This document shows positions 8,322-17,511 of a DNA stretch of 35,148 bases, piece after piece (within the stretch, counting starts at the first letter, position 1; every line of letters starts with the position of its first letter). The translations under genes were made by a program, and so were the position numbers. This DNA comes from a candidate division FCPU426 bacterium (GTDB taxonomy: Bacteria; Oederibacteriota; JAAXVQ01; JAUVAV01). The stretch spans positions 1 through 35,148 of the forward strand of contig DAOWGI010000100.1 of NCBI GenBank assembly GCA_030637655.1, given 5' to 3'. The notes below the pieces were generated by a model that worked only from the letters and a program-made list of their open reading frames with translations, was not told where the DNA came from and searched no databases.

Positions 8322-9080
8322 ATGAACAAACTCTTAAATAATTTATTTTCACGAACACTGGCAACTCTGATGATTGTGACCCTGTCATCGCAAATGATAT
8401 ACGCCGCCGATGTTAGCATCGATATTCCAATAGTCAGTAAATATGTGTGGCGTGGTATTGAAGCTAATGAAGATCCCGTCTTCCAACCTTCGCTAACCGT
8501 TGATTTAGGGTCCGGCCTTAGCTTTAACTTATGGGGCAATATGGACTTAACCGGCTTTGGCGGAGAAGCAGGCTATGGCAATCGCTCCGGGGAGTTTACC
8601 GAATTGGATTTAACCGGTGAATACAGCAAATCCTTCGGAACGCTTTCAGTAGCTGTCGGTATTATCTCTTACATATTCCCAGGTATTGGTGCCACTACGC
8701 ACGAATTATACGGTACGGTTTCTGCTGACGTTTTGTCCAGTCCTTCACTTAGCCTATATTCCGATGTAGATGAAGTGAAAGGTTCCTATTTCCTTTTGGG
8801 TGCAGGACATAGTTTCGCTCTAACTGCCGGTCCTCTGACTGGTATTGATCTGAGCGTCAGTCTGGGCTACGGGAGTGGTTCGTATAACCGCGGCTATTTC
8901 GGTGTTGATAAGGCCGCGCCGGTTGATCTGGTGGCCTCCATTGGATTCCCTATGACTGTCGCCAATTTGAATATAACACCCTCTGTGCTGTACAGTTCTG
9001 TAATGGATAGCGAAATCAAAGAAGCATTGGACAAAAGCGGTTATTTTCTGGCTTCTTTAACCCTTAGTCTGTCACTATAA
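8322..9080 (+). CDS. Outer-membrane protein, TorF/Gcw_chp (MipA-like) putative porin
   Basis: RBS AGGAGG and signal peptide. SKYVWRG...PVFQPS...WGNMD...ELDL motifs and an alternating C-terminal beta-strand. This family is often found next to amtB/glnK. Confidence 0.75.
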   Translation: MNKLLNNLFSRTLATLMIVTLSSQMIYAADVSIDIPIVSKYVWRGIEANEDPVFQPSLTVDLGSGLSFNLWGNMDLTGFGGEAGYGNRSGEFTELDLTGEYSKSFGTLSVAVGIISYIFPGIGATTHELYGTVSADVLSSPSLSLYSDVDEVKGSYFLLGAGHSFALTAGPLTGIDLSVSLGYGSGSYNRGYFGVDKAAPVDLVASIGFPMTVANLNITPSVLYSSVMDSEIKEALDKSGYFLASLTLSLSL

Positions 9081-9100
9081 ATAAACAGGAGGTTTTGATC

Positions 9101-10549
9101 ATGCGTTTACTCTACTATTTTTTCACTTTTTTGTTTGTCTGCGGTCTGGGTCTTGCCACTCCGGTTTTTGCTGAAGAGTCCTTGTCCACAGAAACCGTAG
9201 CCGAAGTAGTCACTGCTGCGCCTGAGATGGCGGAAACCGCGGCCTCACAAGCCACAAATCTGGCAGCGCTAATCCTCGAAGCCAAAACAGCAGCCGACAC
9301 GGCCCAAGACTCTGCCAACTGGGTCTGGATTTTGATTGCAGCCTTTTTGGTTATGTTTATGCAGCCGGGTTTTGCCATGCTTGAAGCAGGTTTAACACGA
9401 TCCAAGAACGCCGGAAATATCATGATGAAAAACCTGATGGATTTTTCCATCGGATCGGTCGCCTATTTCGTTCTGGGATTCGGCATCATGTTTGGCGCCG
9501 ATAAACTCGGACTGTTTGGAACCGACGGATTCTTATTATCTGCCGGCCACACTGCCGGTAAAGAGGGTATGTGGCAATATGCTTTTTGGATGTTCCAAGT
9601 AGTGTTTGCCGCAACAGCTGCCACCATCGTTTCCGGAGCCATGGCAGAACGCACCAAGTTTGTCGGATATCTGGCTTACTGTCTTCTTATCACCCTGTTC
9701 ATCTATCCCATCGTAGGCCACTGGATTTGGGGCGGCGGTTGGTTGAGCACACTCAAAACTCCCATGGTGGATTTTGCCGGATCAACGGTTGTCCACTCAG
9801 TCGGGGGATGGCTGGCTTTGGCCGGCGCAATCATTCTCGGACCACGCCTCGGTAAATATGGTCCGCGCGGAGAATCCCGTGCCATCCTTGGTCATAATAT
9901 ACCGTTGGCCGCCTTGGGAGTCTTCATCCTCTGGTTTGCCTGGTTTGGTTTTAATGCCGGATCGACCACCGAAGCTTCTCAGAATATCGGACTGATTGCC
10001 GTGACCACCAATCTTGCCGCAGCTGCCGGCGCGATCGGTGCGATGCTCACGGTCTGGATCAAAGAAAAAAAACCGGAACCCTCCATGTCCTTAAATGGTG
10101 TGTTGGCCGGATTGGTCGGAATCACTGCCGGATGTGCCAATGTTTCGCCCGGCGCTGCCATTGCCATTGGTTTTATTGCCGGTGTGCTGGTTGTTTTTTC
10201 CGTTGAATTTCTCGACAAAGTACTGCACATTGATGATCCCGTCGGTGCTGTCAGTGTTCATGGTGTATGCGGTGCCTGGGGCACCCTGGCAGTCGGTCTC
10301 TTTGCCGGTAAGGAATACGGCGGTATTTCAGGTTTGTTTGATGGCGGTGGACTAGCCTTGTTAGGCTCACAGTTCATTGGTGTTGCCGCTGTTTTTACCT
10401 GGTGTATGCTGGCCGGACTGATCATGTTTTCCTTGATAAAAATCACCATCGGACTTCGTGTTTCCGCTGAAGAAGAGCGCCGCGGTCTGGATATCACTGA
10501 GCATGGTGTGGAATCTTATAGTGGATTCCAGATCTTCTCAACGGATTAA
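9101..10549 (+). CDS. amtB: Ammonium transporter
   Basis: [39 protein letters not shown] and [11 protein letters not shown] (both pore histidines present). RBS spacing favours ATG 9101 over TTG 9095. Confidence 0.97.
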   Translation: MRLLYYFFTFLFVCGLGLATPVFAEESLSTETVAEVVTAAPEMAETAASQATNLAALILEAKTAADTAQDSANWVWILIAAFLVMFMQPGFAMLEAGLTRSKNAGNIMMKNLMDFSIGSVAYFVLGFGIMFGADKLGLFGTDGFLLSAGHTAGKEGMWQYAFWMFQVVFAATAATIVSGAMAERTKFVGYLAYCLLITLFIYPIVGHWIWGGGWLSTLKTPMVDFAGSTVVHSVGGWLALAGAIILGPRLGKYGPRGESRAILGHNIPLAALGVFILWFAWFGFNAGSTTEASQNIGLIAVTTNLAAAAGAIGAMLTVWIKEKKPEPSMSLNGVLAGLVGITAGCANVSPGAAIAIGFIAGVLVVFSVEFLDKVLHIDDPVGAVSVHGVCGAWGTLAVGLFAGKEYGGISGLFDGGGLALLGSQFIGVAAVFTWCMLAGLIMFSLIKITIGLRVSAEEERRGLDITEHGVESYSGFQIFSTD

Positions 10550-10563
10550 GGAGGTATAAAACC

Positions 10564-10905
10564 ATGAAACTTATTATCGCTTATATTCAACCTCATCGTT
10601 TAACTGAAGTAAAAGATGCGTTGGCTGCCAACGGTGTTGGCAAAATGTCAGTGACCAATGCCCTGGGATGCGGTCAGCAAATGGGATACGAAGAAAATTA
10701 TCGCGGCGTTAAATTAAGCGTCAACTTACTCAAAAAGGTGCGCTTGGAAATCGCGGTCAATGATGATCACCTTCCGACCACCATTGAAACCATTATGGAT
10801 GCTGCCGGAACCGATACCATTGGCGATGGCAAGATATTTGTTTTGGATTTGGCTGAGTGTTACCGCATTCGTACGCGCGAAAAAGGCAAGCAAGCGATTG
10901 GGTAA
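10564..10905 (+). CDS. glnK: P-II nitrogen regulatory protein
   Basis: T-loop [15 protein letters not shown]-loop [12 protein letters not shown]-loop RIRTREKG. Directly downstream of amtB with RBS AAGGAGG. Confidence 0.95.
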   Translation: MKLIIAYIQPHRLTEVKDALAANGVGKMSVTNALGCGQQMGYEENYRGVKLSVNLLKKVRLEIAVNDDHLPTTIETIMDAAGTDTIGDGKIFVLDLAECYRIRTREKGKQAIG

Positions 10906-10908
10906 CGC

Positions 10909-10991
10909 AAAAACGGGCACAGTCCGGCTCTGCTCCTTTTCGACTCCCTCCTGCTCCGTGGTCGGAAGAGCAACCAGCTGTGCCCGTTTTT
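10909..10991 (+). terminator. Long stem-loop after glnK, probable terminator
   Basis: AAAAACGGGCACAG (10909-10922) pairs with CTGTGCCCGTTTTT (10978-10991), with an inner TGCTC..TCGAC / GTCGGAAGAGCA stem. Confidence 0.65.
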
Positions 10992-11039
10992 AAAACTATG
11001 GTCAACGGCATCTGCGAAGACGGCATAGACGCCGCACGT

Positions 11040-11069
11040 TGTAGGGAACGGTCGCGACCGTTCCCTACA
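11040..11069. repeat. GTAG-tagged REP-like perfect 30-bp palindrome
   Basis: TGTAGGGAACGGTCG|CGACCGTTCCCTACA. Confidence 0.8.
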
Positions 11070-11076
11070 TTATCCA

Positions 11077-11110
11077 TTGACAGGCTTTAAAAAATCCTTT
11101 TAAATAGCCT
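11077..11110 (+). promoter_or_regulatory. Sigma-70-type promoter with overlapping inverted repeat, upstream of the MNT-HEPN pair
   Basis: TTGACA-N17-TTAAAT, with AGGCTTTAAAA...TTTTAAATAGCCT dyad. ATG 11113 follows the -10 by 7 nt, so the transcript may be leaderless. Confidence 0.5.
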
Positions 11111-11112
11111 TT

Positions 11113-11370
11113 ATGAATAAGATCATCGAATTATGTAAAAATCACGATATTTCCCTGTGCTATTTGTTTGGCTCTCAAGTACAGGCCGGCCGTGATATTC
11201 TGAACGGCATGTCAGTTCCTGTATTCTGCCAACCACGATTTCCAAGCAGCCTATGAAGATAAAATCATGACCCTGGCAGCTGATGAACTGGTAATATTCC
11301 GGAAAATGAAAAAGACTTTTTTAAGGCGGTTGAAGATGGTTATTTCGAATTTAAATATCAAGCAACTTGA
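11113..11370 (+). pseudogene. mntA: Minimal nucleotidyltransferase (MntA-type antitoxin), internally deleted and frameshifted
   Basis: MNKIIELCKNHDISLCYLFGSQ (GS motif) has no following DxD. The C-terminal part (YSANHDFQAAYEDKIMTLAADELVIFRK / EKDFFKAVEDGYFEFKYQAT*) lies in two other frames and overlaps the HEPN start. Confidence 0.7.
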
Positions 11371-11790
11371 AGACCGGCTTACTTTCATCAATCAAGCCGT
11401 TGCCCGTCTAAAACAGCTGGGGGCCATGAAAAAAATATTTTTTTACAGGATGATTTTCCGGCCATTACTGAAAGTTATTTAAGACGGGCGCTGGAAGCTG
11501 TATTTAATATTGCCAGACATATTCTGGCCACAACAGCGGAAAAAGGGGTGGTTGAGTACAAAGAAACCGCCCGTTTGCTGGGCAAACACGGCATAATTCC
11601 TTTGGAACTGGCCGAACGCTTGTATCTCATGGCAGGCTATCGCAATCGTCTGGTGCATTTTTACGGTGAAATAACTGATCAGGAACTATATGACATTATT
11701 CGCGGCCACCTAAAAGATTTCGAGGATTTCATCAAGGCCCTAGTGCGCTTTCTCAAAAATTATCAAAGCTCCCGGGAAGTAAGCGAGTAA
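11336..11790 (+). pseudogene. hepT: HEPN/DUF86 RNase toxin (HepT-type) split by a frameshift
   Basis: MVISNLNIKQLEDRL... shifts frame at the A7/T7 runs (about 11429-11444) into LQDDFPAITESYLRRALEAVFNIARHIL...MAGYRNRLVHFY (RX4HXY intact). Confidence 0.85.
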
Positions 11791-11811
11791 GAGTATCCCT
11801 ACTATCACAAT

Positions 11812-11845
11812 AAAAAAGGAGTAGAGCAAAATGCCCTACTCCTTT
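11812..11845 (-). terminator. Intrinsic terminator for the minus-strand gene, possibly bidirectional
   Basis: AAAGGAGTAG(AGCA)-loop-(TGCC)CTACTCCTTT; the A-run on the left gives a U-tract on the minus strand. Confidence 0.7.
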
Positions 11846-11869
11846 GTAAGTAATAAAAAATTAGCCTGC

Positions 11870-12661
11870 TTATCGTTTATGTTGAATATCGACTTCAACT
11901 TCAACTTCTGTTGCTTGCTCAGCAGCTGCCGGGGCGGCAGGTTGAACTTCCTGAGGCTGTGCCGCAGCTGCCGGAACTTCAGCAGGCAATGCCGGCGCTT
12001 GGCTACGCTTGGCTGCTTTGATCTGTTTATCTAAAAAGAACATAAATGATTTTATGATTTCTCCAGCACGTTTGGAAGCATCCGGCAAGGGTGTAATTCC
12101 ATAATCATGCGGATAGCCTAATACCGGCGCCACAATAATCGGTCCCATGGCCACAGCACCGCCGAGCCCGGCTTTGATTTTTACTGAGACCGTAGTGCCG
12201 GTCGTGTCATCATCCTCATCGCGCGCTTCTTCGGCTTCCACATCACGCAGACGATAGACCGGAGATGCTTTAGCTGTAATGCGGGTCCGGTTTCCATATT
12301 TTTTAGTTTTTACTTGTAGAATAAACCGGTAGTCTTCATCCACTAACTCAACCTCTGCTTGCCGGACCACTTCTTCCGGCAAAACACTGTCCAACGTGGT
12401 TTCCGCGTCCTGTTGATGACGTGTGGTATGATATTGGGCTAAAGAGAGGTACAAGTCATTGGTCATGATGCGTTGTATCATTGCTTGCGCATCTGCTTCA
12501 GCCACAGGCATGACACGTGTATACTGTGAGCGTCTTAACACCTCATCTGAAGAAACTTTTTTGTCCTTTACCCATTTGTAAATTCTTGGTTTGGCATGAC
12601 CTGCCACGGCAATTCCCAACACTACAATCAAAGCCAGGTTAATAATCCATACTTTTCTCAT
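11870..12661 (-). CDS. Hypothetical exported protein with Pro/Ala/Glu-rich tail
   Basis: 263-aa ORF, RBS GGGAGG, signal peptide ending AGHA, own terminator. No family recognised. Confidence 0.75.
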   Translation of the reverse strand: MRKVWIINLALIVVLGIAVAGHAKPRIYKWVKDKKVSSDEVLRRSQYTRVMPVAEADAQAMIQRIMTNDLYLSLAQYHTTRHQQDAETTLDSVLPEEVVRQAEVELVDEDYRFILQVKTKKYGNRTRITAKASPVYRLRDVEAEEARDEDDDTTGTTVSVKIKAGLGGAVAMGPIIVAPVLGYPHDYGITPLPDASKRAGEIIKSFMFFLDKQIKAAKRSQAPALPAEVPAAAAQPQEVQPAAPAAAEQATEVEVEVDIQHKR

Positions 12662-12916
12662 GCTTTTTCCTCCCTTAATTGGACGCAGACCGTACTGCTT
12701 CCATTTTTTTCTTCATAGTCTTGGAAACTATTTGCTCAACTTTTGTTCTTGAAATCCGCAAAAATTTATAATCCGTCCTTGTATCTTACTTTGATTGGTT
12801 TATTAGAGTCTATGTCCAAGTTATCTACGTTTTTTGCGTAGATAATTTTCTTTGCTTCCGGTTTTTGCCGGCTTAGGATTTCAAAACTCAAAATCGTGCT
12901 TTAATGGCAAGATTAT

Positions 12917-13006
12917 TTCACCACAGAGACACAGAAGGCACAGAGAAAACAAGATAAAATTAAAAGTTTTTTAAAAACTCTGCGTACTCTGTGCCTCTGT
13001 GGTGAA
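12917..13006. repeat. Long imperfect palindrome with CACAGAG periodic arms
   Basis: TTCACCACAGAGACACAGAAGGCACAGAG ... CTCTGCGTACTCTGTGCCTCTGTGGTGAA. Confidence 0.8.
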
Positions 13007-13035
13007 TATACCTTTTTGATTCCGGGTTGCCCGGG

Positions 13036-13914
13036 TTATTTTGATGCTGATAATATCCTTAATATTTCTTTATATTTCTCAGCCGTGTTTTTCACTACGT
13101 CCTCCGGCAATTCCGGTCCCGGTGGGGTCTTGTCCCAACCTGAAGCAAGCAGCCAATCCCGCACGTATTGCTTATCATATGAGGGTTGGCCTTTACCGGG
13201 TTGATAAAGCGCTTCCGGCCAAAAGCGGGAGGAATCCGGTGTCAGCACCTCATCAATTAAAATCATTTCATCCTCAAAAATACCAAACTCAAATTTGGTA
13301 TCAGCAATGATTATCCCTTGTGTCCGCGCATACTTTGCAGCAGCGGTATAAATCTTAATACTGGCATCTCTGACCTGAGCTGCTCTTTCTTCCCCAATGA
13401 CATTGGCCGCTTCTGCAAAAGAGATATTCTCATCATGATCTCCAATGTCAGCTTTGGTGGAGGGAGTAAAGATCGGTTCCGGCAGTTTATCCGATTCCAG
13501 TAATCCCTCAGGCAACGGAATCCCGCAGACCGTGCCGTTCTTTTGATACTCTTTCCAGCCTGAGCCTGAAAGATAACCACGCACAATCGCCTCAACTGCC
13601 AGAGGTTGGGCTTTGCGTACCCGCATAGTGCGCGGTTCTAATTCCGATAAGAGGGTAATATCCTCAATTAATTCTGATAAAGGATGATTTGAAAGATGAT
13701 TTGGCATAATATCCTGAAACCAATTAAACCAGAAGCGTGATAATTGTGTCAGGACTTCTCCTTTGCCTGGAATCCGGGTAGGTAAAATAACATCATATGC
13801 GGATATCCGATCCGAGGCGACCAATAATAATTCATCACCGGCCTCATAAATATCTCTTACTTTACCTTGTTTAATAAGTTTCAAACCTGGAATTTCAATT
13901 GCTGGTACAGCCAT
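13036..13914 (-). CDS. purC: Phosphoribosylaminoimidazole-succinocarboxamide (SAICAR) synthase
   Basis: GKVRDIY, SDRISAYD, VRGYLSGSGW, FTPSTKA, IADTKFEFG, DEVLTPDSSRFW, DKQYVRDWL. Start is ATG 13914 or TTG 13923. Confidence 0.98.
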   Translation of the reverse strand: MAVPAIEIPGLKLIKQGKVRDIYEAGDELLLVASDRISAYDVILPTRIPGKGEVLTQLSRFWFNWFQDIMPNHLSNHPLSELIEDITLLSELEPRTMRVRKAQPLAVEAIVRGYLSGSGWKEYQKNGTVCGIPLPEGLLESDKLPEPIFTPSTKADIGDHDENISFAEAANVIGEERAAQVRDASIKIYTAAAKYARTQGIIIADTKFEFGIFEDEMILIDEVLTPDSSRFWPEALYQPGKGQPSYDKQYVRDWLLASGWDKTPPGPELPEDVVKNTAEKYKEILRILSASK

Positions 13915-13944
13915 TCCACCCAACCCCTTTCAACCTCATACTAA

Positions 13945-14198
13945 TGTAGTGTCTCTTAATTAACGATACAGACGTCACCCCGGCATGATTGTAGCCGGGG
14001 TCCAGAGACTGTGACTTTTTCAAACAAAACCCCTGGATTTCTGCATGACCGTCACCCCGGAATGCCTAAATCCGGGCCGGAATCCATTGATTTTATAAGC
14101 AAAATCAAAGACACATGGACCCCGGCTACAATCATGCCGGGGTGACGACTAAAAAAGCCTTTTTAAAAAACAGTCTTTCCGCAACAGAAACGAATTAT
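13945..14198. repeat. Composite repeat cluster: solo TGTAGTGTCTC MITE end plus CGTC-type REP units
   Basis: 13945-14039 is the near-identical reverse complement of 5995-6088. GTCACCCCGGCATGATTGTAGCCGGGGTCCA (13974-14004) has an inverted copy at 14116-14146. The tail 14167-14197 resembles 6247-6277. Confidence 0.85.
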
Positions 14199-14222
14199 TT
14201 TTCTTTGTACGCGCTTTACGCT

Positions 14223-15545
14223 TTAACGCGGGACATAGACAGGTATAGCTTTTTTTTGACCTTTTTTGAGTTCCACTGTGATCGCACCCCCGGAACGCGT
14301 GGTCCCTGCCATGGTCTCAATACGAACCTCCAGTTCGTGCTTTCCAGGCGGCAAGGGAACGCGAACAATATGAAAACGATTCGGCAAGGTTCGCCAGGAA
14401 CGGGTATCAGCTCGCTCAGTAGCATACGTAAAGATATTAGCAGCCAGTCCAATCAGGGCATTGCCTTTGGCCAGCCGGCGTGCCTGGTAAGCGGCAATAT
14501 ATTTGGCTGTGGCCCGGGCAATGGCTTTAACCGAAATAAGTCCGATGCGCTGCTCTAAATTTTGGATTGCGATGGCATCCAACGGTTCCATTACCTCACT
14601 CTCACGAACCGTTCCATCCGGCAAACCCACACGTACTTTACTCACCACATTGGGTCGCGGTCGAAATACAGGAAACGCGACTTTCAAAACATACGGATCA
14701 CCGCTGGGATCTTCAATGGGCGCGGATACGTAATATGTCTCTTTGGCCGGAATAATCCCATCATATACAACCAGCATTACCTCAGCGCGTTTTTTAGGAC
14801 GTTGTCCCAAATCCGGAATGTCCGGTCCGAATTCTTGGCGCCATTGGCGATATTGATCATCAAATCCCATCCACCGGGAAAGCCGGAGCAAATCTTCTTT
14901 GATCACATACGGAATCGGCATACCATAATGTTTGTGATACCACTTGAACGCTTTATAGGCCAGTTTGTAATCAATGTAAGCATCATTGTATTCACGCTCC
15001 GCTTCGTGAATGAATGCCGCCAAATACCGGGCAAAGGCATCCTGTTTGTAAATGGCCTGGCCTGCGTATTTACCGGCTAGTTTAGTGAGACGGGTATTGA
15101 CTTTGCGCGCTTCCACCAAAGCGCCGTCCAGTTTCTGCGTATAGAGGAAATCCAGGCCTTTGATCACATTCACCATCACCTGTTCAAAATCTTCCCCCAC
15201 ATAATCCATAGACATGTCATTGACCAGGAATGAGGCGGCTGCCTGCGTTACACTGGTGCCGTACAGCTCTTCAATCAGCTGTTCAGCCAGACCTAATTCC
15301 TTAATACTGGTCTGGTAATCACCAATTCTCTGCAGCAGGGTGCCGCGTTCAAAATAATAAAGCATATTGTTGGTTCCGGAATATTGCTTTTTCTCCTTTT
15401 CCAACATGGCCAGGGCGGCATCATATTGTCCCATGGTCGTGCTGTTGGCTACTTTCTTGGCAACTGGTATTCCTCCGCAGCCTGAGACCACCAGTGCCAA
15501 CAGCACGACTACAGGTAATACTACATATTTACGCATGGCAATCAT
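14223..15545 (-). CDS. COG3014-family lipoprotein (TPR-like)
   Basis: Lipobox VSGC. Motifs YVGEDFEQVMVN, ALVEARK and ERADTRSWRTLP. Adjacent to lpoB. Confidence 0.8.
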   Translation of the reverse strand: MIAMRKYVVLPVVVLLALVVSGCGGIPVAKKVANSTTMGQYDAALAMLEKEKKQYSGTNNMLYYFERGTLLQRIGDYQTSIKELGLAEQLIEELYGTSVTQAAASFLVNDMSMDYVGEDFEQVMVNVIKGLDFLYTQKLDGALVEARKVNTRLTKLAGKYAGQAIYKQDAFARYLAAFIHEAEREYNDAYIDYKLAYKAFKWYHKHYGMPIPYVIKEDLLRLSRWMGFDDQYRQWRQEFGPDIPDLGQRPKKRAEVMLVVYDGIIPAKETYYVSAPIEDPSGDPYVLKVAFPVFRPRPNVVSKVRVGLPDGTVRESEVMEPLDAIAIQNLEQRIGLISVKAIARATAKYIAAYQARRLAKGNALIGLAANIFTYATERADTRSWRTLPNRFHIVRVPLPPGKHELEVRIETMAGTTRSGGAITVELKKGQKKAIPVYVPR

Positions 15546-15548
15546 GTT

Positions 15549-16151
15549 TTAGAAACGCGCGCCCGGTATTTTTATGTACTTTTTAATCTTCTTGTTGCCA
15601 TACCACACTTTGATGCTGCTCTTCATATCCACCAATTCCATATCCACGGCGTAGTAGAAAGTTTGTTTGCCGACGCGCGCATCGGTGATCTTGGAAATGG
15701 TTCCCTGCAGCATATAATCCGCGCCGGTCTCCGCGTACATTTCTTTGCGCGTGGTTTCCGTGGAATAGGTCTGCTGATCTTCGCGTTCAGCGCGAATTTC
15801 ATCGCGTTCACCTTTGGCTGCCACAAATTGCACATAACCTGAATTGGTCAGTTCGCGTTCAATGTCTTTTTGAAAGGTATCAATCGCAATGTGCTCATCG
15901 GTCTTGTTCTTAATGGTTCCGATGATCACCTTTGGTGGTTCACCCTTACTTTTCTTCATATGGCGGGCAACCCAAGGACGGGACAGAGCTTCTTTCACCA
16001 TTTCTTCGGCCGTCAACTGGGAATCCGTATCATTCCAATTCCCTGATAAATCAACCACTTCATCCGGAGAGATACGTTTTACCTCCATTGCACATCCGGC
16101 CATACCTGCCATCACTACCATTGTTACGAGTACCATCAGCAAACGTTTCAT
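15549..16151 (-). CDS. lpoB: LpoB-family lipoprotein (penicillin-binding protein activator-like)
   Basis: Lipobox MAGC. Motifs DLSGNWNDTD, IKNKTDEHI, GADYMLQGTI and KVWYGNKKIKK. Confidence 0.8.
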   Translation of the reverse strand: MKRLLMVLVTMVVMAGMAGCAMEVKRISPDEVVDLSGNWNDTDSQLTAEEMVKEALSRPWVARHMKKSKGEPPKVIIGTIKNKTDEHIAIDTFQKDIERELTNSGYVQFVAAKGERDEIRAEREDQQTYSTETTRKEMYAETGADYMLQGTISKITDARVGKQTFYYAVDMELVDMKSSIKVWYGNKKIKKYIKIPGARF

Positions 16152-16181
16152 ACCACAATTCCTCCTTTTTTTATGCTTAGT

Positions 16182-16712
16182 TTAGAAATTCCAATGAAAT
16201 CCAAATTGGGCGGATGCCTGGTTCAGAGAATCATTCACCCACTGATAACTGAATGCTTCATCACTTCCAGTGATGGCGGATACATGCGTAATACCCAGGG
16301 ATAAACCCATACCACTATCAAAGATGTATTGCAGTCCCGCGGTTCCGTACATTCCGAAAATATTCGCTGCCGGCCCGGAGTAATAAAGCACCGGTCCGCC
16401 GGCCACAAAGGGAGAAAATTTACCGGTCAGAAAAAGATATTTAACAGCCAAATCCAGAGCAAAACCATTGAGAAAGCTCCCGGCTCCTGCGCCCAAAACA
16501 ACGTTGCCAGTAGCATATTTGTCATACTGCAAGCCAAAAATGAGAGGATAACCAATCTGTAACCACAAATCAGTATCTTTTACTTTCAAAGGAGTATTCT
16601 CCGCTATCATGGCTTCTACTTTTTCAGTAACCCGCGCTTGTGATACAGAGCTTATTCCAACAACCAGGAATAAAACCAACCCAACTGCAGTTAATTTATT
16701 TAAACGATTCAT
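16182..16712 (-). CDS. Small outer-membrane beta-barrel protein, function unknown
   Basis: RBS GGAGG, signal peptide, amphipathic strands (FSPFVAGG, AGLQY) and C-terminal GFHWNF. Confidence 0.65.
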   Translation of the reverse strand: MNRLNKLTAVGLVLFLVVGISSVSQARVTEKVEAMIAENTPLKVKDTDLWLQIGYPLIFGLQYDKYATGNVVLGAGAGSFLNGFALDLAVKYLFLTGKFSPFVAGGPVLYYSGPAANIFGMYGTAGLQYIFDSGMGLSLGITHVSAITGSDEAFSYQWVNDSLNQASAQFGFHWNF

Positions 16713-16938
16713 TTTTGCCTCCTTATTATTTATGCCGCATCCGGCATAGTTGGTTTATTGTATCTACCAACCTATTTAAAGACAAGAAAAATTTAATTTT
16801 TCTTCTTTTCCTCGTCGTTGTTTTAGTATCATAAAAATCAAAGCGTCTCTGCTTCCCGCGATATAGTTGTTACCTTTTTACTCTCTTACTGAAGTTTTAG
16901 ACCTTTGCAGCTGATTTTTGTTCTCTGTAATCTTCAGT

Positions 16939-17511
16939 TTATTTCCTCTGATAGGTTCCCAACAATTCCACACTATCCTGTGTATGCCGCAAAATCACAG
17001 ACTTATAATTATTGAGGTTTACATTTTCCAATTGAGGCGTATCCAAGGCATACAGTTTGAAAAAATAGCGATGCGTGCCACTTGGCGGACAAGGCCCTCC
17101 GTATGCCGTTTTGCCAAAACTATTTTTAATTTCCAGAGCTCCCTCGGGCAGAGGGCCATTTTCCGGGATCCCTGCCGCTGTCACAGGAATATTCACCACC
17201 ATCCAATGAATCCAATTCCCGGCCGGCGCGGCCGGATCATCGCATACCAAAGCCAGACTCTTGGTTGCCGCCGGAATATTGCTCCAGGCCAAAGCCGGTG
17301 ATACATCCTCACCATCACAGGTAAAGCGCGCCGGAATCGGCTGACCATGCTTAAATGCTGAACTGGTAAGCTGCATAACTGCCTCCTTTTGTTTTGGTTC
17401 CTTTTTATTCTTCCCTGCTTTGTTTTCAGACGGCGCCGACTGAGTCTGACATCCTGTAAGCATTGCCAGCATACCCATAACAACCAGTGTTTTCTTAAAA
17501 TATGTTTCCAT
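16939..17511 (-). CDS. YbhB/YbcL (PEBP, Raf kinase inhibitor-like) lipoprotein
   Basis: SPALAW, DDPAAP..WIHW, YGGPCPPSGTHRYFFKLYALD. Likely start ATG 17511 gives a lipobox LTGC. Confidence 0.9.
   Translation of the reverse strand: METYFKKTLVVMGMLAMLTGCQTQSAPSENKAGKNKKEPKQKEAVMQLTSSAFKHGQPIPARFTCDGEDVSPALAWSNIPAATKSLALVCDDPAAPAGNWIHWMVVNIPVTAAGIPENGPLPEGALEIKNSFGKTAYGGPCPPSGTHRYFFKLYALDTPQLENVNLNNYKSVILRHTQDSVELLGTYQRK

Noticed and set aside
14115-14558. 147-aa plus-strand ORF beginning MDPGYNHAGVT
   Set aside because: It starts inside a REP palindrome and runs antisense to the COG3014 gene.
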